DNA from: Lentisphaeraceae bacterium
Lineage (GTDB): Bacteria; Verrucomicrobiota; Kiritimatiellia; RFP12; DVOR01
NCBI GenBank assembly: GCA_004555175.1
Contig: SFJE01000004.1
Coordinates: forward strand, 3,909-67,908
Direction: 5' to 3'
Length of the DNA: 64,000 nucleotides
Positions 9,783-18,691 of this stretch are shown piece by piece. The notes below the pieces were generated by a model that ran no database searches, was not told the origin of the DNA, and worked only from the letters and a program-made list of their open reading frames with translations. How positions within the stretch are numbered: the stretch's first letter is position 1; each line of letters opens with the position of its first letter. The position numbers and the translations under genes were made by a program.

Positions 9783-12497
9783 TTACAGGTTAGAGGCGGG
9801 GGAAGTGGGTGTGGTGAGCAACGCTGCCAAGTGCGTGCGCAGGTCGGCCAACGTCCAGGGCTTGGGCAGAATGCCATCGGGCTTCAGCCCCTTGAAGAGA
9901 AAGTCGATATGCTCGCGCGAGAGGCCCGAGGTGATGACCAGCTTGAGGGCCGGCGCGCGCTCGCGCAGCTCGGCGCAGAGCGCCTGCGAGGTCTCCTGCC
10001 CTAGGTGCGCATCCACCAGCGCCACGGCAATCTCCGGGTGATGGTGAAGGGCCTCTAGCGCCTCGGTGGGGGTGGAGGCCACAAATACGGAGGCTTTGAA
10101 GAAGCGCTCAAGGAGGGTCTTGGAGGCGGTGCGGATGGCGCTGTCGTCATCCACCACCAGGCAGGAGAAGTGCTTGGGCGTGGAAACGCCTTCGGTCAGC
10201 GCTTGGAGGAGCGCCTCCGCGCGCTGGGGCGAGCAGGGCACGGTCGGCTCCTCCAACTGCGGCACCGGGACCTCTTCGCCGGCCGGCACCCAAATGCGGA
10301 AGGCGGTGCCGCGCCCGACAATCGAACGGAAGGCCAGGACACCGCCGTGCGCCTCCACCAATGCGCGGACAATCGCCATCCCTAAGCCGCGGTGGAGGCC
10401 CCCCTTGGTTGAGACGGCGGGCTCAAAGAGGTGTTCCTGTATCGCCTCGGGAATGCCCGGACCGTCATCTGAAAGCTCAAAGAGGACGCCGGGGCGATTG
10501 GCTGGCGTTTTATTCTGTTCGTTGCGGTCCACTTTGGGCCAGACCACGGCGCGCGTTGAATCAAGCTTGGCCAAGCTGCACGCCTTGGCGCGAATGTGGA
10601 TGGTGCCGCCGCCATGGGCGGCGAGGGCCTCGGAGGCGTTGCGGGTGATGTTCGAGAGGATGCGCCAGAAGTTCGTGGGATCCACCAAGACGGTGCACGT
10701 GCCGAGCGGAACGGGATCGATTTGCAGGCGGACGTTGGTGGGCAGGGCGTTGGCGTAGAAGGTTTCGAGGGCCATGAGGAGCGTGGCGGGGGATTCGCTC
10801 TTGCACTTGAGGTTGATGTTACCGGCTGAATCCATGAGGTCGCGAGCGAGGAGGGTGCCCTTGTTGCAGGCGTTGCGCAGGGAGTGGAGGGAGGCGCGGA
10901 CATCATCGGGCGACTCGGGGTTGATGGCCTCGACCACGCTCTGGATGACGGCAATGGTGTTGTTGATGTCATGCGCCATAAAGCGGGCGAAGTCGTTCAT
11001 CTGCGAGCGTTGACGGCTCTGGCGGAGCTGGACCTCGGCAAGGGTGCGGCGCTGAGCCTCGCGAACGCGGCGGGAGATGTCGGTGAAGATGACCAGAATG
11101 GTCTCGTTACCCAGTTTGGAGAAGCGCGCCTCGAAGTAACGCGGTGCTTCGCCGGGGGTGCGGCAGGAGAGGCGAATGACCGATGCTTCGCCGCGGGTGA
11201 GCACGGTGTTACAGGTTTCGCGGAAGAGTTTGCACCCGGCGCGGTCGAAGGCCTGCGTATCCAATCCGTGGCCTTCTGTTAGGCCGGGGATGGGCGGCAC
11301 GCCTTCGGGCTGCTTGCGCAGTTGCATCAAGGTGCCCTCGCGGTCAAAGACGCAGAGGCCATCGGGGATGTTGCGCAGGATCATGCGCTGGCTCCGTTCC
11401 ACCTGGCTGGCCCGTGCGCTCACTTGGCTCACGGAGAGGAGTAGACGGTTGATTTCATCGACCAAGCGCGAGAAGACCTCTCCGCGTGCCCAGGGAATGA
11501 AACTTGAAATGCCCGAAACGCTGTCGGCATGGATCTCTTGCAGGTGGTCGATGAGATGGCGGATGGGGCGGAAGATGCCAATGTGCATCAGCGTCGCGTT
11601 CAGGAGCAGGAAGAGGAACATTCCGGCAGCGGCAATCAGCGGTAGGGCCAAGCGCAGACGCGCGGCCAGCACTGGCATCCCGGCGGGCAAACGCAGCGTA
11701 TAGCGCGCCACGGGCAGTCCAGTCATGTCGAAGAGCGGGAAAATCGCCTCGAAGCACGCCGTCCCCAGCCCGTAGGTGCCGAAGAAGTCATTCTCGCGTG
11801 TGCCACGAAGGATGGACGCCGGCGTCTGCGCGTGACCGATGGCGGTGAGGCGTTCGCTCGGGAAGACCTCAAAGAAGCCGACGGTCGATCCCTCGGGCAG
11901 GTGGACGGTGAGCGAACCCAGCTCGCGCCCTAGGACAATATAGGCGTTAGGCCAGAGTTGGCCCTCAAAGACAAGCGGGATGGTGGCCACGAAGAAGGGC
12001 GTGCCGCGCAGGATGAGAATACCCAGCGGCAGCGTGGGCGGGGTGATGGCGTTGGCAAAGGTGTTGTAAAAGAGGGGTTGATAGCGGTGGAGTTCGGTGC
12101 CGGCGGCCTTGGAGACGAGCCCGCCCTCCTGCTGCAGGTAGGCTTCATGAATTTTACCGCCGCCGATAACATAGACGGCCAAGGGGTAGGGCGAGCCATC
12201 GGCGCTGCGGTGGAAGAGATCCAAGTGTCGCTCAAAGTCGATATAGCCGAGCTCTTGGAAACGGTTAACGATGCGCTCGCCATCGGCCATAATCTCAGCG
12301 CGCAGGGCCTCAAATGCGCCTGTCAACGCTTCGGCCTGCGTTAGGGCCACAGTTTTAGGGCGTTCAATTGCGCGTTTAATCGCCCAGTCCACCCCAACGT
12401 AGATGCCCACACAGAGCGCCAGCGCGCTCCCCCAAAAGAGGAGGCGCAACAGCAGGTGCCGCGGCAGGGAGAGGTGCGAAAACAGGCGCATAGGCAT
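9783..12497 (-). CDS. hybrid sensor histidine kinase (TM sensor region, HAMP/PAS, HisKA, HATPase_c, C-terminal REC)
   Basis: 904 aa. Two hydrophobic segments, H-box FMAHDINNTIAVI, G-boxes LSDDGPGIPE and GLGMAIV, and a C-terminal receiver CLVVDDDSAIR...ALVDAHLG. Confidence 0.85.
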   Translation of the reverse strand: MPMRLFSHLSLPRHLLLRLLFWGSALALCVGIYVGVDWAIKRAIERPKTVALTQAEALTGAFEALRAEIMADGERIVNRFQELGYIDFERHLDLFHRSADGSPYPLAVYVIGGGKIHEAYLQQEGGLVSKAAGTELHRYQPLFYNTFANAITPPTLPLGILILRGTPFFVATIPLVFEGQLWPNAYIVLGRELGSLTVHLPEGSTVGFFEVFPSERLTAIGHAQTPASILRGTRENDFFGTYGLGTACFEAIFPLFDMTGLPVARYTLRLPAGMPVLAARLRLALPLIAAAGMFLFLLLNATLMHIGIFRPIRHLIDHLQEIHADSVSGISSFIPWARGEVFSRLVDEINRLLLSVSQVSARASQVERSQRMILRNIPDGLCVFDREGTLMQLRKQPEGVPPIPGLTEGHGLDTQAFDRAGCKLFRETCNTVLTRGEASVIRLSCRTPGEAPRYFEARFSKLGNETILVIFTDISRRVREAQRRTLAEVQLRQSRQRSQMNDFARFMAHDINNTIAVIQSVVEAINPESPDDVRASLHSLRNACNKGTLLARDLMDSAGNINLKCKSESPATLLMALETFYANALPTNVRLQIDPVPLGTCTVLVDPTNFWRILSNITRNASEALAAHGGGTIHIRAKACSLAKLDSTRAVVWPKVDRNEQNKTPANRPGVLFELSDDGPGIPEAIQEHLFEPAVSTKGGLHRGLGMAIVRALVEAHGGVLAFRSIVGRGTAFRIWVPAGEEVPVPQLEEPTVPCSPQRAEALLQALTEGVSTPKHFSCLVVDDDSAIRTASKTLLERFFKASVFVASTPTEALEALHHHPEIAVALVDAHLGQETSQALCAELRERAPALKLVITSGLSREHIDFLFKGLKPDGILPKPWTLADLRTHLAALLTTPTSPASNL

Positions 12498-12515
12498 CTG
12501 GGTGGTTCGGCTCGG

Positions 12516-13418
12516 TTAGGCTTCCTTGGCGTAGCGCTTCTCACAGGCAGCCCGGAAGGCCGAAGGCCGCATGAGATAGAACCGGCAGGGGCGCGCCAAT
12601 CGTGCCGCCAGCGCTTCCAATCCCTCCGAAGAGACTGGATTGAGCGTGGCCACCAGCAAGTTCCCTGCCATCGTAGCAAAAGGGAGGACGCCGCGCACGC
12701 GCACTTCCGCTTCCCCCATGGCTTCAAGCGCTTCGCCCTCGGCCTTGAAGCGCTCGACTGGCACTGGCGGCACCTCAAAGTGCTGAATCAACCCCACGAG
12801 GCAACTTTCGAGCTGCGTACCATCCACCTCTTCAATCAGGCGCAGGGCGGAGATGGTTTCCTGATGGCCAGCCTCTCGTAGGGTCACGAGGCGTTTGCGA
12901 ACCTCATCGGCCATCGCCTCCTGGATGAGCCGATGCTCGGCCAGCCAGTCGACGCATTGCAACTCGTGGCGGACGCACTGCTCGGCGAGTGTCTCGGAGC
13001 CGAGCTGGGGACCCACCTGGGCCGGATTGGGGGTGAAGTTGGCCTGGGATGCGGGAGCGCCGCCGGGGGCGGAGGTCCCTTCGGTCTGGCGCTGGGCTTG
13101 CTGACGGTACGCCTCCAACCCGCGGATGACCTCGGCCCGCTTGAGGAGCAATTGGAGGGCGGGATCGGCTAGGCGCTCCTCGGGGAGGAGGGCGAGGACG
13201 CGTTCAGCCTGGTCGGCATCCCGGTGGCGGAGAAGGGCGGCCGCCAGAGCGGGGATGTGGCGGTTGCGCTGTTCGGTTTGCCCGGCCAGGTCATAGGCCA
13301 GCACCAAGTAGAGAAGGGCGGCCAGGTCCCCGGGACGGAGCTGCAGGAGCTTCTCAAAGAAGGCGATGCCTTCGCTGAAGGCTTGGGGTGTCTGCGCGGT
13401 ATCGTTGTCCATCATCAA
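12516..13418 (-). CDS. TPR-like repeat protein with C-terminal GspE-N (T2SSE_N / MshEN-like) domain
   Basis: The N-terminal half has TPR-like helical repeats. The C-terminus VPPVPVERFKAEGEALEAMGEAEVRVRGVLPFATMAGNLLVATLNPVSSEGLEALAARL matches the pattern of the N-terminal domain of GspE/PilB/MshE ATPases (lP....g..l.Va..dP...). Confidence 0.55.
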   Translation of the reverse strand: MMMDNDTAQTPQAFSEGIAFFEKLLQLRPGDLAALLYLVLAYDLAGQTEQRNRHIPALAAALLRHRDADQAERVLALLPEERLADPALQLLLKRAEVIRGLEAYRQQAQRQTEGTSAPGGAPASQANFTPNPAQVGPQLGSETLAEQCVRHELQCVDWLAEHRLIQEAMADEVRKRLVTLREAGHQETISALRLIEEVDGTQLESCLVGLIQHFEVPPVPVERFKAEGEALEAMGEAEVRVRGVLPFATMAGNLLVATLNPVSSEGLEALAARLARPCRFYLMRPSAFRAACEKRYAKEA

Positions 13419-13433
13419 CTCCTGCGTGGGGGC

Positions 13434-14909
13434 TTATTCGTCGAAGAAGGGCTTGCTTTGCTCAAAGAGGGTGATGCGCGCGCCGCAGGCGGCCGCGGCT
13501 GGGCGGTCCCCAGCCTTGTTATAGAGCACCTGGGCCTTGCGCGTGGCATCGAGGGCCTTGCGGAAGTTGCCGAGGGCGGCGTGGGCGGCCCCGAGGGCGG
13601 CGAGGGCGCGCGGCTCATTCTCGCGGGTGAGGGAGGTGGCGCGGTCGGCCAGCTTGTAGGCCTCCTTGGGGCTACGGAGGACCTCGAAGGGCGTGGTGGC
13701 CAGGTGCCAAGCGGCTTCGGCAAGGTAGGCGGCATTCTTGGGATCGGTCTCGGCCTTCATCCGCCATTCGGCAATCTTCTCGGCGGCGGCCTTCTGGCGC
13801 TTGAGTTGGGCGGCTTCCTCTTCGGCCTTAAGGAAGTCGAGCGAGAGGCCGGCCATCTTGAACTTGGTGGCGATTTCGTCCTTGTTAACGGCTTTGATGT
13901 ACGCATCGCGCGGGGTGATGAGGCCCTTGGTGGCCAGGCGCGTGAGCTCGTCGGAGAAGGTCTGCATCCCGATATTGCGCCCGGTCTGGATAACCGATTG
14001 GAGCATGTGGGTCTTCCCCTCGCGGATGAGGGCAGAGACCGGGGTGTTGACCACCAGCACCTCAAAGGCGGCCACGCGCCCGCCGGCAATCTTGGGGCAG
14101 AGGGTTTGGGCCACCACGCCCTTGAGCGTATCGGCGAGCATCGAGCGGATCTGGTTCTGGCGCTCGGCCGGGAACTTGTCGATCATGCGCTCGACGGTGG
14201 TGGCGGCGGCATTGGTGTGCAAGGTGGCGAAGACCAAGTGACCGGTTTCGGCGGTTTCGATGGCGATTTCCATCGTCTCCAAGTCGCGCATTTCGCCAAT
14301 GAGGACGATGTCGGGGTCTTCACGGAGCGCCGCGCGCAGGGCGGTGGCGAAGGAGCGGGTATCGCGGTGGACTTCGCGCTGGTTGATCACGCACTTGGCC
14401 GGGGTGTGGACGAATTCGATGGGGTCTTCGATGGTGATGATGTGCTCGTTGCGCGTGCGATTGATGTAGTCAATCATCGCCGAGAGGGTGGTGGACTTGC
14501 CCGAACCGGTCGGACCCGTGACGACCACGAGCCCCTTGGAGAGCAGGCAGAAGCTGCGCAGCGCCTCGGGCAGGTTCAGATCCTCGAAGGAGGGAATCTT
14601 GTCGGGGATGACGCGCAGGACGGCGCAGACGCCGTTCATATCGCGATAGGCATTCACACGGAAGCGCGCCAGGCCGGGGATGGCGTAGGCGCAGTCGGTA
14701 TCCCAATCCCGTTGGAGCTGGGCGATGTTTTCCTCGGGGAGAATCTCGCGCATCATCGCCAGCACATCATCGCTGGTCAGCGGTGAAGAGTCGGGCACGT
14801 CATTCAGTGCCCCGCTCACGCGAAAGACCGGCTTGCGCCCGGCCGAGAGGTGAAGGTCGCTCCCTTTGCGTGCAACGAGGTCTTCCAGGAGGAAATCGAT
14901 TTGGGCCAT
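13434..14909 (-). CDS. pilT: PilT/PilU-family twitching-motility (retraction) ATPase with ~130-aa C-terminal TPR-like extension
   Basis: Walker A GPTGSGKSTT, AIETAETGHLVFATLHT, and N-terminal MAQIDFLLEDLVARKGSDLHL typical of PilT. At 491 aa it is ~130 aa longer than typical PilT; the extension is helical and repeat-like. Confidence 0.85.
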   Translation of the reverse strand: MAQIDFLLEDLVARKGSDLHLSAGRKPVFRVSGALNDVPDSSPLTSDDVLAMMREILPEENIAQLQRDWDTDCAYAIPGLARFRVNAYRDMNGVCAVLRVIPDKIPSFEDLNLPEALRSFCLLSKGLVVVTGPTGSGKSTTLSAMIDYINRTRNEHIITIEDPIEFVHTPAKCVINQREVHRDTRSFATALRAALREDPDIVLIGEMRDLETMEIAIETAETGHLVFATLHTNAAATTVERMIDKFPAERQNQIRSMLADTLKGVVAQTLCPKIAGGRVAAFEVLVVNTPVSALIREGKTHMLQSVIQTGRNIGMQTFSDELTRLATKGLITPRDAYIKAVNKDEIATKFKMAGLSLDFLKAEEEAAQLKRQKAAAEKIAEWRMKAETDPKNAAYLAEAAWHLATTPFEVLRSPKEAYKLADRATSLTRENEPRALAALGAAHAALGNFRKALDATRKAQVLYNKAGDRPAAAACGARITLFEQSKPFFDE

Positions 14910-14950
14910 AGCGGGACTTTCGGGGTGGAACCTTGGGAACAGGAAGCGGC

Positions 14951-14978
14951 GGCAGGGGTTCCGGCCTGCCGCCGTTGA
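14951..14978. other. 10-bp perfect inverted repeat hairpin (cggcggcagg...cctgccgccg) between secretin and pilT genes
   Basis: Seen directly in the sequence. On the minus strand it is followed by ttcctgttcc. Possible intra-operon attenuator or processing site. Confidence 0.35.
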
Positions 14979-15004
14979 AGGTTAACTTGAGATGACGGTT
15001 AGGA

Positions 15005-15080
15005 GATGACAGATGACAGCGCGCGTGCCGCGGCGGGCAATCTGGGGGCGTCTATCATCTGTCTTCTGCCCTCTGTCATC
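15005..15080. repeat. CTGTCAT/GATGACA heptamer arrays in inverted orientation, upstream of pilT
   Basis: gatgacagatgacag at 15005-15019 and catctgtcttctgccctctgtcatc at 15056-15080. Same heptamer family as 22280, 22388, 31972, 42132 and 49415. Confidence 0.7.
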
Positions 15081-15097
15081 GCGAGCGGTGCGCGCCA

Positions 15098-16888
15098 TTA
15101 CTCCTTGAGGGAGTCGATGGTGGGTTCGAAGCCGGCATCACCGGGCTCCTTGAGCTCACCGCTCTGGATCTTCTTGGAGAGGACCGCATTCTTGGGCATG
15201 CCGATGTCGCTGGGCAATTCCTTGGGATTGGCCACGCCAACGGTCACGAAGATGACGATCTCATCTTGGGTTTTCTCGCGGGACTTCCAGCCGAAGAGGC
15301 GCGGACCAATCCAGGGGATGTCGCGCAGCAGCGGGATGCCAGAGTCGATATTCGCCTCGCGCGATTCACTCAGGCCGCCGATGACGGCGGTGGTGCCATC
15401 CTGCATCGTGAAGCGGGTGGTCAGGCGCTGGGTCTTGATGATCGGGTAGGTGGCGTAGATGGCGCCATCGGTGCCCGAGCCCTTGAGGGTGGATTCGCCC
15501 GTCTTCTCCGAGACGGTCGGCACGATGTCCACGGTAATCAGACCATCGGGGCTGACGCGCGGGAGGACATTGAGGGTGATGCCGTAGGAGAAGTAGGCCT
15601 GGCCCACCCAAGGCTCGGCGTGCTCATCCTGCTTGCCAGGGATGGTCGAGAGCTTGGTGGAGATGTCCAGCTGGTTGTTGTTATCGCCCGTGCGGGAGGT
15701 GGTCACCTCGATGCAGGGCTCCTTGTCGGTCATATCCACAATCGCCGGACGCTCGTTGGCCACGATGATCTTCGGGTTGGAGAAGATCGAGGCGCCGTCC
15801 ATCTCTTCAATGGCCTGCAGCGTCACCGCCATCTGGCCCATGGTCATCGACCCAGTCAGGCCGCGGAAGTGCGCGTTGTCATAGATGCCATAGGGATTGG
15901 CGCTCTCGGTGATGAAGGGCACCTTCTCGCCATCAACGGAGGTCGCCGCGCCAGGCCATTTCCCATTGGTGCGGCTCAGACCGCCGGAGATGGGCCCAAC
16001 GGAGGTGGTCCAGCCGTTGGCCAGCGAATCCCACTTCATGCCCAGCTTCTTGCTGGCACCTGCGCTCAGGCGGGCGAAGCGCGCCTCGATGTAAATCTGC
16101 GGCACGGGCTTATCGATCTGGGCGATAATCTTCTCGCATTCGGCCACGATCTCTTCGCTGGCCTTGACAACGACCACATTGGCGGCCGGGAAGGCGTTGG
16201 CGATCTGGCTATCCTTGGTGCCGTAGGCGCGGTTGAAGACGTCGGCAATTTCGGTGGAGGAGGCGTGCTTGAGCTGCAGGGGCTTGGTAATCGTCGGGAT
16301 GACGGTGTTCTTGGCCACAACGGTGTAGATGCTGCTGCCGGGGGGCGTCTCCTTGAGGCTCAGGTCGGCCGTGTCGAGGATGGAGGCCAGACCCTGACGC
16401 CAGGAGACCTTCTCCAGCTTCACACTCACGTGCTGGGCCAGGTTGGGGTGGTTGCCGGCGATGATGTTTGCTTCGCTCACATCGCGAAAGGCCTTGATGA
16501 CATCGGCGATGGTCACATCGTCGAAGCTCAGGGAGATCTCCTTGTCGTTGGTGACATTGGTGGGGAGCGTCTCGGGCTCGTCGGCCAGGACCACGCCGGT
16601 CTTGGTCTCCAACACGCCGGTTTCGGCGGCGGGGGCGACCTCGGCGGGGGCCTCAGCAATGGCAGGCGCCTCTTCGGCGGGCACTTCGGCGGGCGCTTCG
16701 TCGATGGGCTCGGCAGCAGGCGCTTCGGCCGGGGCGGCCGCGGGCTCTTCAGCCGGGGCGTTAGCCTCGTCATCAAGCAGCACCACCACCTCTTCGGTGG
16801 CAGCAGCGGCCTGGGCGAGCAGGTGCGGGGCCGAGAGAATGGCGGCGACCGCAACGAGGAGGAAGAACGGCGTTAAACGCATCTTCAT
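15098..16888 (-). CDS. secretin (PilQ/GspD family) with A/P/E-rich N-terminal linker
   Basis: Signal peptide. Low-complexity PAEEPAAAPAEAP region. N0/N1-like domain ISLSFDDVTIADVIKAFRD. C-terminal secretin domain GIPLLRDIPWIGPRLFG...VIFVTV. Confidence 0.9.
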   Translation of the reverse strand: MKMRLTPFFLLVAVAAILSAPHLLAQAAAATEEVVVLLDDEANAPAEEPAAAPAEAPAAEPIDEAPAEVPAEEAPAIAEAPAEVAPAAETGVLETKTGVVLADEPETLPTNVTNDKEISLSFDDVTIADVIKAFRDVSEANIIAGNHPNLAQHVSVKLEKVSWRQGLASILDTADLSLKETPPGSSIYTVVAKNTVIPTITKPLQLKHASSTEIADVFNRAYGTKDSQIANAFPAANVVVVKASEEIVAECEKIIAQIDKPVPQIYIEARFARLSAGASKKLGMKWDSLANGWTTSVGPISGGLSRTNGKWPGAATSVDGEKVPFITESANPYGIYDNAHFRGLTGSMTMGQMAVTLQAIEEMDGASIFSNPKIIVANERPAIVDMTDKEPCIEVTTSRTGDNNNQLDISTKLSTIPGKQDEHAEPWVGQAYFSYGITLNVLPRVSPDGLITVDIVPTVSEKTGESTLKGSGTDGAIYATYPIIKTQRLTTRFTMQDGTTAVIGGLSESREANIDSGIPLLRDIPWIGPRLFGWKSREKTQDEIVIFVTVGVANPKELPSDIGMPKNAVLSKKIQSGELKEPGDAGFEPTIDSLKE

Positions 16889-16902
16889 TGACTGGGTTCC
16901 TT

Positions 16903-17379
16903 TTAGTTGGTGGGGGTTGTGGTCTCATCCGCCGCTGCAATCCGCACGGACTTCAGGGGCTTGAGCAGGAGTTCCTGGTTACTACCTTCACGTAGGCGCC
17001 AGGTAAAGCGGTAGTCTTGGTAATCTAAGGTGACGGCATCGCCAGCCGAGTAACCTTTGCCATTGATATAGATAACTTGGCGCAACACGCCATCCGAGCC
17101 GCGCGCGCGACTTTGGCCGGAGATCTTCACGTGCTTGCGCGCTTCTAGCCACAGGGCCAGCGGTGCAATGTCCGAGGGCTTGGGGGGCGGCGGCGCCTCT
17201 GGTTTTTGCTCAGCCTGAGGTTCGACCGGTTTTTCCACGGGCTGGACCGGGGCTTCGACTTTAGGCTTGGGCGGCTCCCAGCCAATCGGCCAGAAGGGGT
17301 CGCGCCACTCGGCCGCGCAGAGCGGCAAGGCTGCGAGGGCCGCGAGGGCGGCCAGATGGAGGCGGATAGGGCAACTCAT
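16903..17379 (-). CDS. PilP-like pilus assembly lipoprotein (putative)
   Basis: 158 aa with signal peptide, Pro-rich linker (PPKPKVEAPVQPVEKPVEPQAEQKPEAPPPPKP) and a small C-terminal beta domain. Positioned immediately upstream of the secretin as in pilMNOPQ. Confidence 0.55.
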   Translation of the reverse strand: MSCPIRLHLAALAALAALPLCAAEWRDPFWPIGWEPPKPKVEAPVQPVEKPVEPQAEQKPEAPPPPKPSDIAPLALWLEARKHVKISGQSRARGSDGVLRQVIYINGKGYSAGDAVTLDYQDYRFTWRLREGSNQELLLKPLKSVRIAAADETTTPTN

Positions 17380-18026
17380 CGGCGGCCTCCCTTCGCTGCG
17401 GGCATCAGCTCTTTCTTGGTCTTACCCTTGGCAGGCCACTCCACAATCATCTGCACGGCATGGACCTGCGGGTCGTTGGTGGGGATGATGCGCATCGCGG
17501 AGAGGGTGGCCAGCGGATAGGTATCCTCCAGCTTCTCCACGAACTCCATCATCTGGCGGTAGCTGCCCGTGCCGGTGCAGGTGATGAGCTGGCGCGCCTG
17601 CAACTGTTCGGGCACGCCCGCCTTCGGCACCGGCAACATCCGCTGGGAGTGCTCGGCAAACTGCGCGATGGCAAAGCCGGTCTTGTCGGTCAGCGGGTCG
17701 AGCAAGGCCTTGCAGCGCATCGCGTAGGAGTTCAGCAGCGGGGTCAAGTAGCCCTCACCCTCCAACGCCTTCAGCTGTGCCTCAAGTTCCTGCACCGCCT
17801 TATCGGTCAGCGGCTGGCGGCGGACCAACTTCTCCATCGATTCTTGCTTGCCCAGGCGCGCCTGGGCTTCGTTGCGGGCCTGGTCGAGCGCCTCCTGCTG
17901 GCCGGTCACGAGGAACTGCCAGAGCGCGCCGGCCACAAGGATCAATCCCACCGCCACGGCGAAGGCCCGGCGTTTGGAGTTCCCGAAGAACGCGAGCAAC
18001 TGCTCGCCGGTCAAACCCTGGCTCAT
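17376..18026 (-). CDS. PilO-like inner-membrane pilus assembly protein (putative)
   Basis: Single TM (AFAVAVGLILVAGALW), coiled-coil, then periplasmic domain. Start probably MSQGLT at 18026, overlapping the PilN stop. Overlaps the PilP-like start (ATGA). Confidence 0.55.
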   Translation of the reverse strand: MSQGLTGEQLLAFFGNSKRRAFAVAVGLILVAGALWQFLVTGQQEALDQARNEAQARLGKQESMEKLVRRQPLTDKAVQELEAQLKALEGEGYLTPLLNSYAMRCKALLDPLTDKTGFAIAQFAEHSQRMLPVPKAGVPEQLQARQLITCTGTGSYRQMMEFVEKLEDTYPLATLSAMRIIPTNDPQVHAVQMIVEWPAKGKTKKELMPAAKGGRR

Positions 18027-18691
18027 TCGAAGACCCTCCGCTTGAGCGTGCACTCCACATCGAATCGGAAGAACTCCTGGCCGCTGCCGCCCCGGGCATC
18101 CTGTTCCTGGCGGAAGGCACCCTTGGGCACCGTTGCGGTCTCAATCATCTCGCGGAAAGCCGGCGCACGCAGCACCCCCAAGAGCTTATCGAGCGAGGCG
18201 GCATCCAGCGTGCGCCCGGAGAGGCGCAGGCGGACGGACTCCTCCGGCGAGTTCGGCCCAAAGCTCGGCGGCGCCTTCTTGCCCCGTTGGGCGGGCGCAC
18301 CGATGACCTGCGGCGGCGGCTCAACGAGTTCAAGCTGCGTCAGTTGGATGGTTGCTGGGATCTGCTCGGCCAACTTGCGCAGGAAGACGCCATAGCGGGC
18401 GGCACCGTGACGGTAGAGTTCCACCTGTGCCAGCTGCTGCTTGAGCTCCTGCTCGCGCCCGGTGGCCTCGGTGGCGCGCTTGAAGGCGGCCTGCAACTGG
18501 GAGATTGCCTCGTCGGCTGCACGCGTCTGACTTTGGGCCATCAGCGTCTGCGTCCACAGCCAGGCCCACCAGAGCGCCACACCCGCCACCACGACGGCGG
18601 CGAAGACCGGCGCCATCACATGCAAGCGCACGCGGCTGGAGGAGACGCGCTCCTCATCGCGCAAGAGATTTAGGTGAATGGCATTATTCAT
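18023..18691 (-). CDS. PilN-like inner-membrane pilus assembly protein
   Basis: Start MNNAIHLNLLRDEER follows a GGAGG RBS at 18691. The conserved PilN N-terminal INLLP-like motif is followed by a single TM (VFAAVVVAGVALWWAWLW). Overlaps the PilM stop by 8 nt. Confidence 0.65.
   Translation of the reverse strand: MNNAIHLNLLRDEERVSSSRVRLHVMAPVFAAVVVAGVALWWAWLWTQTLMAQSQTRAADEAISQLQAAFKRATEATGREQELKQQLAQVELYRHGAARYGVFLRKLAEQIPATIQLTQLELVEPPPQVIGAPAQRGKKAPPSFGPNSPEESVRLRLSGRTLDAASLDKLLGVLRAPAFREMIETATVPKGAFRQEQDARGGSGQEFFRFDVECTLKRRVFE

Noticed and set aside
13224-14786. 520-aa plus-strand ORF
   Set aside because: Antisense to the PilT gene. Gly/Glu/Ala-rich low-complexity translation typical of a reverse frame in high-GC DNA. 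Same reasoning for 15266-16876(+) opposite the secretin, 42290-44143(+) opposite galE/kinase, 58987-60177(+) opposite glf, 10066-10758(+) opposite the HK, 46242-47252(+) opposite the dehydrogenase.
14910-15097. Sigma-54 promoter upstream of pilT
   Set aside because: Heptamer arrays are present, but I could not find a TGGCAC-N5-TTGCA match on the minus strand in the 14910-15000 interval. Left as arrays only.
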